DNA of 64,000 bases from Lingula anatina. Its lineage: Eukaryota; Animalia; Brachiopoda. Both the position numbers and the translations under genes were made by a program. Of this stretch, positions 39,301 to 51,300 are shown one piece after another (position 1 is the stretch's first letter; every line of letters starts with the position of its first letter). The notes under the pieces were generated by a model. The model worked only from the letters and a program-made list of their open reading frames with translations, was not told the origin of the DNA and did no database searches. The DNA lies in NCBI GenBank assembly GCA_051362555.1, contig JBPQGU010000016.1, forward strand, positions 6,386,001 through 6,450,000, read 5' to 3'.

Positions 39301-42300
39301 CACATTTTTTATGAATGACAGGTGTGGTAGATTGATTTTCGTCACTTTTTGGAAAAATCGGAGACGGGTCGATTTTTGGTGATTTTGAGTGATTTTGAAC
39401 AGTGCCGGCACTGTGAGATTTCTTCAATTTTGGCCAGGTAGGGATGAAATTTTTTTTTCTTCATTATAGTGTCAGGTAGGTGTGTTCGGTCATTTGTAGT
39501 AAGAATAAAGTGCTGGAAGAGTGGTGGTGTCAACATTAAGGAAGAAATGGAGCAAAAACTCTCTCTTCCCCCCCCCCCTCTCAGATTCTGTTCTCAGAGC
39601 TTATTTTTGGATCATCTTTAAAGCTAGAATTGGGGGCCTTGATGAAGTGACCCGGGCGCGTTTCCACATTTTTTATGAATGACAGGTGTGGTAGATTGAT
39701 TTTCGTCACTTTTTGGAAAAATCGGAGACGGGTCGATTTTTGGTGATTTTGAGTGATTTTGAACAGTGCCGGCACTGTGAGATTTCTTCAATTTTGGCCA
39801 GGTAGGGATGAAAATTTTTTTTCTTCATTATAGTGTCAGGTAGGTGTGTTTGGTCATTTGTAGTAAGAATAAAGTGCTGGAAGAGTGGTGGTGTCAACAT
39901 TAAGGAAGAAATAGAGCAAAAACTCTCTCTCTCCCCCCCCCCTCTCAGATTCTGTTCTCAGAGCTTATTTTTGGATCATCTTTAAAGCTAGAATTGGGGG
40001 CCTTGATGAAGTGACCCGGGCGCGTTTCCACATTTTTTATGAATGACAGGTGTGGTAGATTGATTTTCGTCACTTTTTGGAAAAATTGGAGACGGGTCGA
40101 TTTTTGGTGATTTTGAGTGATTTTGAACAGTGCTGGCACTGTGAGATTTCTTCAATTTTGGCCAGGTAGGGATGAAATTTTTTTTTCTTCATTATAGTGT
40201 CAGGTAGGTGTGTTCGGTCATTTGTAGTAAGAATAAAGTGCTGGAAGAGTGGTGGTGTCAACATTAAGGAAGAAATAGAGCAAAAACTCTCTCTCTCCCC
40301 CCCCCCCCCCCCCTCTCAGATTCTGTTCTCAGAGCTTATTTTTGGATCATCTTTAAAGCTAGAATTGGGGGCCTTGATGAAGTGACCCGGGCGCGTTTCC
40401 ACATTTTTTATGAATGACAGGTGTGGTAGATTGATTTTCGTCACTTTTTGGAAAAATCGGAGACGGGTCGATTTTTGGTGATTTTGAGTGATTTTGAACA
40501 GTGCCGGCACTGTGAGATTTCTTCAATTTTGGCCAGGTAGGGATGAAAATTTTTTTTCTTCATTATAGTGTCAGGTAGGTGTGTTTGGTCATTTGTAGTA
40601 AGAATAAAGTGCTGGAAGAGTGGTGGTGTCAACATTAAGGAAGAAATAGAGCAAAAACTCTCTCTCCCCCCCCCCCCCCCCCCTCTCAGATTCTGTTCTC
40701 AGAGCTTATTTTTGGATCATCTTTAAAGCTAGAATTGGGGGGCCTTGATGAAGTGACCCGGGCGCGTTTCCACATTTTTTATGAATGACAGGTGTGGTAG
40801 ATTGATTTTCGTCACTTTTTGGAAAAATCGGAGACGGGTCGATTTTTGGTGATTTTGAGTGATTTTGAACAGTGCCGGCACTGTGAGATTTCTTCAATTT
40901 TGGCCAGGTAGGGATGAAATTTTTTTTTCTTCATTATAGTGTCAGGTAGGTGTGTTCGGTCATTTGTAGTAAGAATAAAGTGCTGGAAGAGTGGTGGTGT
41001 CAACATTAAGGAAGAAATGGAGCAAAAACTCTCTCTTCCCCCCCCCCTCTCAGATTCTGTTCTCAGAGCTTATTTTTGGATCATCTTTAAAGCTAGAATT
41101 GGGGGCCTTGATGAAGTGACCCGGGCGCGTTTCCACATTTTTTATGAATGACAGGTGTGGTAGATTGATTTTCGTCACTTTTTGGAAAAATCGGAGACGG
41201 GTCGATTTTTGGTGATTTTGAACAGTGCCGGCACTGTGAGATTTCTTCAATTTTGGCCAGGTAGGGATGAAAATTTTTTTTCTTCATTATAGTGTCAGGT
41301 AGGTGTGTTCTGTCATTTGTAGTAAGAATAAAGTGCTGGAAGAGTGATGGTGTCAAAATTAAGGAAGAAATAGAGCAAAAACTCTCTCCCCCCCCCCCCC
41401 CCCCCCCTCTCAGATTCTCTTCTCAGAGCTTATTTTTGGATCATCTTTAAAGCTAGAATTGGGGGCCTTGATGAAGTGACCCGGGCGCGTTTCCACATTT
41501 TTTATGAATGACAGGTGTGGTAGATTGATTTTCGTCACTTTTTGGAAAAATCGGAGACGGGTCGATTTTTGGTGATTTTGAGTGATTTTGAACAGTGCCG
41601 GCACTGTGAGATTTCTTCAATTTTGGCCAGGTAGGGATGAAAATTTTTTTTCTTCATTATTGTGTCAGGTAGGTGTGTTTGGTCATTTGTAGTAAGAATA
41701 AAGTGCTGGAAGAGTGGTGGTGTCAACATTAAGGAAGAAATAGAGCAAAAACTCTCTCTCTCCCCCCCCCCCCTCTCAGATTCTGTTCTCAGAGCTTATT
41801 TTTGGATCATCTTTAAAGCTAGAATTGGGGGCCTTGATGAAGTGACCCGGGCGCGTTTCCACATTTTTTATGAATGACAGGTGTGGTAGATTGATTTTCG
41901 TCACTTTTTGGAAAAATTGGAGACGGGTCGATTTTTGGTGATTTTGAGTGATTTTGAACAGTGCCGGCACTGTGAGATTTCTTCAATTTTGGCCAGGTAG
42001 GGATGAAAATTTTTTTTCTTCATTATAGTGTCAGGTAGGTGTGTTCGGTCATTTGTAGTAAGAATAAAGTGCTGGAAGAGTGGTGGTGTCAACATTAAGG
42101 AAGAAATAGAGCAAAAACTCTCTCTCTCTCCCCCCCCCCCCCCCTCTCAGATTCTGTTCTCAGAGCTTATTTTTGGATCATCTTTAAAGCTAGAATTGGG
42201 GGCCTTGATGAAGTGACCCGGGCGCGTTTCCACATTTTTTATGAATGACAGGTGTGGTAGATTGATTTTCGTCACTTTTTGGAAAAATCGGAGACGGGTC

Positions 42301-45300
42301 GATTTTTGGTGATTTTGAGTGATTTTGAACAGTGCCGGCACTGTGAGATTTCTTCAATTTTGGCCAGGTAGGGATGAAAATTTTTTTTCTTCATTATAGT
42401 GTCAGGTAGGTGTGTTCGGTCATTTGTAGTAAGAATAAAGTGCTGGAAGAGTGGTGGTGTCAACATTAAGGAAGAAATAGAGCAGAAACTCTCTCTCCCC
42501 CCCCCCCCTTCAGATTCTGTTCTCAGAGCTTATTTTTGGATCATCTTTAAAGCTAGAATTGGGGGCCTTGATGAAGTGACCCGGGCGCGTTTCCACATTT
42601 TTTATGAATGACAGGTGTGGTAGATTGATTTTCGTCACTTTTTGGAAAAATCGGAGACGGGTCGATTTTTGGTGATTTTGAGTGATTTTGAATGCACTGT
42701 GAGATTTCTTCAATTTTGGCCAGGTAGGGATGAAAATTTTTTTTCTTCATTATAGTGTCAGGTAGGTGTGTTCGGTCATTTGTAGTAAGAATAAAGTGCT
42801 GGAAGAGTGGTGGTGTCAACATTAAGGAAGAAATAGAGCAAAAACTCTCTCTCCCCCCCCCCCTCTCTCAGATTCTGTTCTCAGAGCCTATTTTTGGATC
42901 ATCTTTAAAGCTAGAATTGGGGGCCTTGATGAAGTGACCCGGGCGCGTTTCCACATTTTTTATGAATGACAGGTGTGGTAGATTGATTTTCGTCACTTTT
43001 TGGAAAAATCGGAGACGGGTCGATTTTTGGTGATTTTGAGTGATTTTGAACAGTGCCGGCACTGTGAGATTTCTTCAATTTTGGCCAGGTAGGGATGAAA
43101 ATTTTTTTTCTTCATTATAGTGTCAGGTAGGTGTGTTCGGTCATTTGTAGTAAGAATAAAGTGCTGGAAGAGTGGTGGTGTCAACATTAAGGAAGAAATA
43201 GAGCAAAAACTCTCTCTCCCCCCCCCTCTCAGATTCTGATCTCAGAGCTTATTTTTGGATCATCTTTAAAGCTAGAATTGGGGGCCTTGATGAAGTGACC
43301 CGGGCGCGTTTCCACATTTTTTATGAATGACAGGTGTGGTAGATTGATTTTCGTCACTTTTTGGAAAAATCGGAGACGGGTCGATTTTTGGTGATTTTGA
43401 GTGATTTTGAACAGTGCCGGCACTGTGAGATTTCTTCAATTTTGGCCAGGTAGGAATGAAAATTTTTTTTCTTCACTATAGTGTCAGGTAGGTGTGTTCG
43501 GTCATTTGTAGTAAGAATAAAGTGCTGGAAGAGTGGTGGTGTCAACATTAAGGAAGAAATAGAGCAAAAACTCTCTCTCCCCCCCCCCCTCTCAGATTCT
43601 GTTCTCAGAGCTTATTTTTGGATCATCTTTAAAGCTAGAATTGGGGGCCTTGATGAAGTGACCCGGGCGCGTTTCCACATTTTTTATGAATGACAGGTGT
43701 GGTAGATTGATTTTCGTCACTTTTTGGAAAAATCGGAGACGGGTCGATTTTTGGTGATTTTGAGTGATTTTGAACAGTGCCGGCACTGTGAGATTTCTTC
43801 AATTTTGGCCAGGTAGGGATGAAAATTTTTTTTCTTCATTATAGTGTCAGGTAGGTGTGTTTGGTCATTTGTAGTAAGAATAAAGTGCTGGAAGAGTGGT
43901 GGTGTCAACATTAAGGAAGAAATAGAGCAAAAACTCTCTCTCTCCCCCCCCCCCCCCCCCCCCTCTCAGATTCTGTTCTCAGAGCTTATTTTTGGATCAT
44001 CTTTAAAGCTAGAATTGGGGGCCTTGATGAAGTGACCCGTGCGCGTTTCCACATTTTTTATGAATGACAGGTGTGGTAGATTGATTTTCGTCACTTTTTG
44101 GAAAAATCGGAGACGGGTCGATTTTTGGTGATTTTGAATGATTTTGAACAGTGCCGGCACTGTGAGATTTCTTCAATTTTGGCCAGGTAGGGATGAAAAT
44201 TTTTTTTCTTCATTATAGTGTCATGTAGGTGTGTTCTGTCATTTGTAGTAAGAATAAAGTGCTGGAAGAGTGGTGGTGTCAAAATTAAGGAAGAAATAGA
44301 GCAAAAACTCTCTCTCCCCCCCCCCCACCTCTCAGATTCTCTTCTCAGAGCTTATTTTTGGATCATCTTTAAAGCTAGAATTGGGGGCCTTGATGAAGTG
44401 ACCCGGGCGCGTTTCCACATTTTTTATGAATGACAGGTGTGGTAGATTGATTTTTGTCACTTTTTGGAAAAATCGGAGACGGGTCGATTTTTGGTGATTT
44501 TGAGTGATTTTGAACAGTGCCGGCACTGTGAGATTTCTTCAATTTTGGCCAGGTAGGGATGAAAATTTTTTTTCTTCATTATAGTGTCAGGTAGGTGTGT
44601 TCGGTCATTTGTAGTAAGAATAAAGTGCTGGAAGAGTGGTGGTGTCAACATTAAGGAAGAAATAGAGCAAAAACTCTCTCTCCCCCCCCCCCTCTCAGAT
44701 TCTGTTCTCAGAGCTTATTTTTGGATCATCTTTAAAGCTAGAATTGGGGGGCCTTGATGAAGTGACTCGGGCGCGTTTCCACATTTTTTATGAATGACAG
44801 GTGTGGTAGATTGATTTTCGTCACTTTTTGGAAAAATCGGAGACGGGTCGATTTTTGGTGATTTTGAGTGATTTTGAACAGTGCCGGCACTGTGAGATTT
44901 CTTCAATTTTGGCCAGGTAGGGATGAAAATTTTTTTCTTCATTATAGTGTCAGGTAGGTGTGTTCGGTCATTTGTAGTAAGAATAAAGTGCTGGAAGAGT
45001 GGTGGTGTCAACATTAAGGAAGAAATAGAGCAAAAACTCTCTCTCCCCCCCCCCTCTCAGATTCTGTTCTCAGAGCTTATTTTTGGATCATCTTTAAAGC
45101 TAGAATTAGGGGCCTTGATGAAGTGACCCGGGCGCGTTTCCACATTTTTTATGAATGACAGGTGTGGTAGATTGATTTTCGTCACTTTTTGGAAAAATCG
45201 GAGACGGGTCGATTTTTGGTGATTTTGAGTGATTTTGAACGCACTGTGAGATTTCTTCAATTTTGGCCAGGTAGGGATGAAAATTTTTTTTCTTCATTAT

Positions 45301-48300
45301 AGTGTCAGGTAGGTGTGTTTGGTCATTTGTAGTAAGAATAAAGTGCTGGAAGAGTGGTGGTGTCAACATTAAGGAAGAAATAGAGCAAAAACTCTCTCTC
45401 CCCCCCCTCTCTCAGATTCTGTTCTCAGAGCTTATTTTTGGATCATCTTTAAAGCTAGAATTGGGGGCCTTGATGAAGTGACCCGGGCGCGTTTCCACAT
45501 TTTTTATGAATGACAGGTGTGGTAGATTGATTTTCGTCACTTTTTGGAAAAATCGGAGACGGGTCGATTTTTGGTGATTTTGAGTGATTTTGAACAGTGC
45601 CGGCACTGTGAGATTTCTTCAATTTTGGCCAGGTAGGGATGAAAAATTTTTTTCTTCATTTTAGTGTCAGGTAGGTGTGTTCGGTCATTTGTAGTAAGAA
45701 TAAAGTGCTGGAAGAGTGGTGGTGTCAACATTAAGGAAGAAATAGAGCAAAAACTCTCTCTCCCCCCCCCCCCCTCTCAGATTCTGTTCTCAGAGCTTAT
45801 TTTTGGATCATCTTTAAAGCTAGAATTGGGGGCCTTGATGAAGTGACCCGGGCGCGTTTCCACATTTTTTATGAATGACAGGTGTGGTAGATTGATTTTC
45901 GTCACTTTTTGGAAAAATCGGAGACGGGTCGATTTTTGGTGATTTTGAGTGATTTTGAACAGTGCCGGCACTGTGAGATTTCTTCAATTTTGACCAGGTA
46001 GGGATGAAAATTTTTTTTCTTCATTATAGTGTCAGGTAGGTGTGTTTGGTCATTTGTAGTAAGAATAAAGTGCTGGAAGAGTGGTGGTGTCAACATTAAG
46101 GAAGAAATAGAGCAAAAACTCTCTCTCTCCCCCCCCCCCCTCTCAGATTCTGTTCTCAGAGCTTATTTTTGGATCATCTTTAAAGCTAGAATTGGGGGCC
46201 TTGATGAAGTGACCCGGGCGCGTTTCCACATTTTTTATGAATGACAGGTGTGGTAGATTGATTTTCGTCACTTTTTGGAAAAATTGGAGACGGGTCGATT
46301 TTTGGTGATTTTGAGTGATTTTGAACAGTGCCGGAACTGTGAGATTTCTTCAATTTTGGCCAGGTAGGGATGAAAATTTTTTTTTTCATTATAGTGTCAG
46401 GTAGGTGTGTTCGGTCATTTGTAGTAAGAATAAAGTGCTGGAAGAGTGGTGGTGTCAACATTAAGGAAGAAATAGAGCAAAAACTCTCTCTCCCCCCCCC
46501 CCCCTCTCAGATTCTGTTCTCAGAGCTTATTTTTGGATCATCTTTAAAGCTAGAATTGGGGGCCTTGATGAAGTGACCCGGGCGCGTTTCCACATTTTTT
46601 ATGAATGACAGGTGTGGTAGATTGATTTTTATCACTTTTTGGAAAAATCGGAGACGGGTCGATTTTTGGTGATTTTGAGTGATTTTGAACAGTGCCGGCA
46701 CTGTGAGATTTCTTCAATTTTGGCCAGGTAGGGATGAAAAATTTTTTTCTTCATTTTAGTGTCAGGTAGGTGTGTTCGGTCATTTGTAGTAAGAATAAAG
46801 TGCTGGAAGAGTGGTGGTGTCAACATTAAGGAAGAAATAGAGCAAAAACTCTCTCTCCCCCCCCCCCCCCCTCTCAGATTCTGTTCTCAGAGCTTATTTT
46901 TGGATCATCTTTAAAGCTAGAATTGGGGGCCTTGATGAAGTGACCCGGGCGCGTTTCCACATTTTTTATGAATGACAGGTGTGGTAGATTGATTTTCGTC
47001 ACTTTTTGGAAAAATCGGAGACGGGTCGATTTTTGGTGATTTTGAGTGATTTTGAACAGTGCCGGCACTGTGAGATTTCTTCAATTTTGACCAGGTAGGG
47101 ATGAAAATTTTTTTTCTTCATTATAGTGTCAGGTAGGTGTGTTTGGTCATTTGTAGTAAGAATAAAGTGCTGGAAGAGTGGTGGTGTCAACATTAAGGAA
47201 GAAATAGAGCAAAAACTCTCTCTCTCCCCCCCCCCCTCTCAGATTCTGTTCTCAGAGCTTATTTTTGGATCATCTTTAAAGCTAGAATTGGGGGCCTTGA
47301 TGAAGTGACCCGGGCGCGTTTCCACATTTTTTATGAATGACAGGTGTGGTAGATTGATTTTCGTCACTTTTTGGAAAAATTGGAGACGGGTCGATTTTTG
47401 GTGATTTTGATTGATTTTGAACAGTGCCGGAACTGTGAGATTTCTTCAATTTTGGCCAGGTAGGGATGAAAATTTTTTTTTTCATTATAGTGTCAGGTAG
47501 GTGTGTTCGGTCATTTGTAGTAAGAATAAAGTGCTGGAAGAGTGGTGGTGTCAACATTAAGGAAGAAATAGAGCAAAAACTCTCTCTCCCCCCCCCCCCC
47601 TCTCAGATTCTGTTCTCAGAGCTTATTTTTGGATCATCTTTAAAGCTAGAATTGGGGGCCTTGATGAAGTGACCCGGGCGCGTTTCCACATTTTTTATGA
47701 ATGACAGGTGTGGTAGATTGATTTTTGTCACTTTTTGGAAAAATCGGAGACGGGTCGATTTTTGGTGATTTTGAGTGATTTTGAACAGTGCCGGCACTGT
47801 GAGATTTCTTCAATTTTGGCCAGGTAGGGATGAAAATTTTTTTTCTTCATTATAGTGTCAGGTAGGTGTGTTCGGTCATTTGTAGTAAGAATAAAGTGCT
47901 GGAAGAGTGGTGGTGTCAACATTAAGGAAGAAATAAAGCAAAAACTCTCTCTCCCCCCCCCCCTCTCAGATTCTGTTCTCAGAGCTTATTTTTGGATCAT
48001 CTTTAAAGCTAGAATTGGGGGGCCTTGATGAAGTGACCCGGGCGCGTTTCCACATTTTTTATGAATGACAGGTGTGGTAGATTGATTTTCGTCACTTTTT
48101 GGAAAAATCGGAGACGGGTCGATTTTTGGTGATTTTGAGTGATTTTGAACAGTGCCGGCACTGTGAGATTTCTTCAATTTTGGCCAGGTAGGGATGAAAA
48201 TTTTTTTCTTCATTATAGTGTCAGGTAGGTGTGTTCGGTCATTTGTAGTAAGAATAAAGTGCTGGAAGAGTGGTGGTGTCAACATTAAGGAAGAAATAGA

Positions 48301-51300
48301 GCAAAAACTCTCTCTCCCCCCCCCCCCTCTCAGATTCTGTTCTCAGAGCTTATTTTTGGATCATCTTTAAAGCTAGAATTGGGGGCCTTGATGAAGTGAC
48401 CTGGGCGCGTTTCCACATTTTTTATGAATGACAGGTGTGGTAGATTGATTTTCGTCACTTTTTGGAAAAATCGGAGACGGGTCGATTTTTGGTGATTTTG
48501 AGTGATTTTGAACAGTGCCGGCACTGTGAGATTTCTTCAATTTTGGCCAGGTAGGGATGAAAAAATTTTTTCTTCATTATAGTGTCAGGTAGGTGTGTTC
48601 GGTCATTTGTAGTAAGAATAAAGTGCTGGAAGAGTGGTGGTGTCAACATTAAGGAAGAAATAGAGCAAAAACTCTCTCTCCCCCCCCCTCTCAGATTCTG
48701 TTCTCAGAGCTTATTTTTGGATCATCTTTAAAGCTAGAATTAGGGGCCTTGATGAAGTGACCCGGGCGCGTTTCCACATTTTTTATGAATGACAGGTGTG
48801 GTAGATTGATTTTCGTCACTTTTTGGAAAAATCGGAGACGGGTCGATTTTTGGTGATTTTGAGTGATTTTGAACAGTGCCGGCACTGTGAGATTTCTTCA
48901 ATTTTGGCCAGGTAGGGATGAAAATTTTTTTTCTTCATTATAGTGTCAGGTAGGTGTGTTCGGTCATTTGTAGTAAGAATAAAGTGCTGGAAGAGTGGAG
49001 GTGTCAACATTAAGGAAGAAATAGAGCAAAAACTCTCTCTCCCCCCCCCCCCCCCCCCCTCTCAGATTCTGTTCTCAGAGCTTATTTTTGGATCATCTTT
49101 AAAGCTAGAATTGGGGGCCTTGATGAAGTGACCCGGGTGCGTTTCCACATTTTTTATGAATGACAGGTGTGGTAGATTGATTTTCGTCACTTTTTGGAAA
49201 AATCGGAGACGGGTCGATTTTTGGTGATTTTGAATGATTTTGAACAGTGCCGGCACTGTGAGATTTCTTCAATTTTGGCCAGGTAGGGATGAAAATTTTT
49301 TTTCTTCATTATAGTGTCAGGTAGGTGTGTTCTGTCATTTGTAGTAAGAATAAAGTGCTGGAAGAGTGGTGGTGTCAAAATTAAGGAAGAAATAGAGCAA
49401 AAACTCTCTCTCCCCCCCCCCCCTCTCAGATTCTCTTCTCAGAGCTTATTTTTGGATCATCTTTAAAGCTAGAATTGAGGGCCTTGATGAAGTGACCCGG
49501 GCGCGTTTCCACATTTTTTATGAATGACAGGTGTGGTAGATTGATTTTCGTCACTTTTTGGAAAAATCGGAGACGGGTCGATTTTTGGTGATTTTGAGTG
49601 ATTTTGAACAGTGCCGGCACTGTGAGATTTCTTCAATTTTGGCCAGGTAGGGATGAAAATTTTTTTTCTTCATTATAGTGTCAGGTAGGTGTGTTTGGTC
49701 ATTTGTAGTAAGAATAAAGTGCTGGAAGAGTGGTGGTGTCAACATTAAGGAAGAAATAGAGCAAAAACTCTCTCTCTCCCCCCCCCTCTCAGATTCTGTT
49801 CTCAGAGCTTATTTTTGGATCATCTTTAAAGCTAGAATTGGGGGCCTTGATGAAGTGACCCGGGCGCGTTTCCACATTTTTTATGAATGACAGGTGTGGT
49901 AGATTGATTTTCGTCACTTTTTGGAAAAATTGGAGACGGGTCGATTTTTGGTGATTTTGAGTGATTTTGAACAGTGCCGGCACTGTGAGATTTCTTCAAT
50001 TTTGGCCAGGTAGGGATGAAAATTTTTTTTCTTCATTATAGTGTCAGGTAGGTGTGTTCGGTCATTTGTAGTAAGAATAAAGTGCTGGAAGAGTGGTGGT
50101 GTCAACATTAAGGAAGAAATAGAGCAAAAACTCTCTCTCCCCCCCCCCCCTCTCAGATTCTGTTCTCAGAGCTTATTTTTGGATCATCTTTAAAGCTAGA
50201 ATTGGGGGCCTTGATGAAGTGACCCGTGCGCGTTTCCACATTTTTTATGAATGACAGATGTGGTAGATTGATTTTCGTCACTTTTTGGAAAAATCGGAGA
50301 CGGGTCGATTTTTGGTGATTTTGAGTGATTTTGAACAGTGCCGGCACTGTGAGATTTCTTCAATTTTGGCCAGGTAGGGATGAAAATTTTTTTTCTTCAT
50401 TATAGTGTCAGGTAGGTGTGTTCGGTCATTTGTAGTAAGAATAAAGTGCTGGAAGAGTGGTGGTGTCAAAATTAAGGAAGAAATAGAGCAAAAACTCTCT
50501 TTCCCCCCCCCCCCTCAGATTCTGATCTCAGAGCTTATTTTTGGATCATCTTTAAAGCTAGAATTGGGGGCCTTGATGAAGTGACCCGGGCGCGTTTCCA
50601 CATTTTTTATGAATAACAGGTGGGTAGATTGATTTTCGTCACTTTTTGGAAAAATCGGAGACGGGTCGATTTTTGGTGATTTTGAGTGATTTTGAACAGT
50701 GCCGGCACTGTGAGATTTCTTCAATTTTGGCCAGGTAGGGATGAAAATTTTTTTTCTTCATTATAGTGTCAGGTAGGTTTGTTCGGTCATTTGTAGTAAG
50801 AATAAAGTGCTGGAAGAGTGGTGGTGTCAACATTAAGGAAGAAATAGAGCAAAAACTCTCTCTCCCCCCCCCCCCTCTCAGATTCTGTTCTCAGAGCTTA
50901 TTTTTGGATCATCTTTAAAGCAAGAATTGTTGGCCTTGATGAAGTGACCCGGGCGCGTTTCCACATTTTTTATGAATGACAAGTGTGGTAGATTGATTTT
51001 CGTCACTTTTTGGAAAAATCCAAAACGGGTCGATTTTTGGTGATTTTGAGTGATTTTGAACAGTGCCTGCACTGTGAGATTTCTTCAATTTTGGCCAGGT
51101 AGGGATGAAAATTTTTTTTCTTCATTATAGTGTCAGGTAGGTGTGTTCGGTCATTTGTAGTAAGAATAAAGTGCTGGAAGAGTGGTGGTGTCAACATTAA
51201 GGAAGAAATAGAGCAAAAACTCTCTCTCCCCCCCCCTCTCAGATTCTGTTCTCAGAGCTTATTTTTGGATCATCTTTAAAGCTAGAATTGGGGGCCTTGA

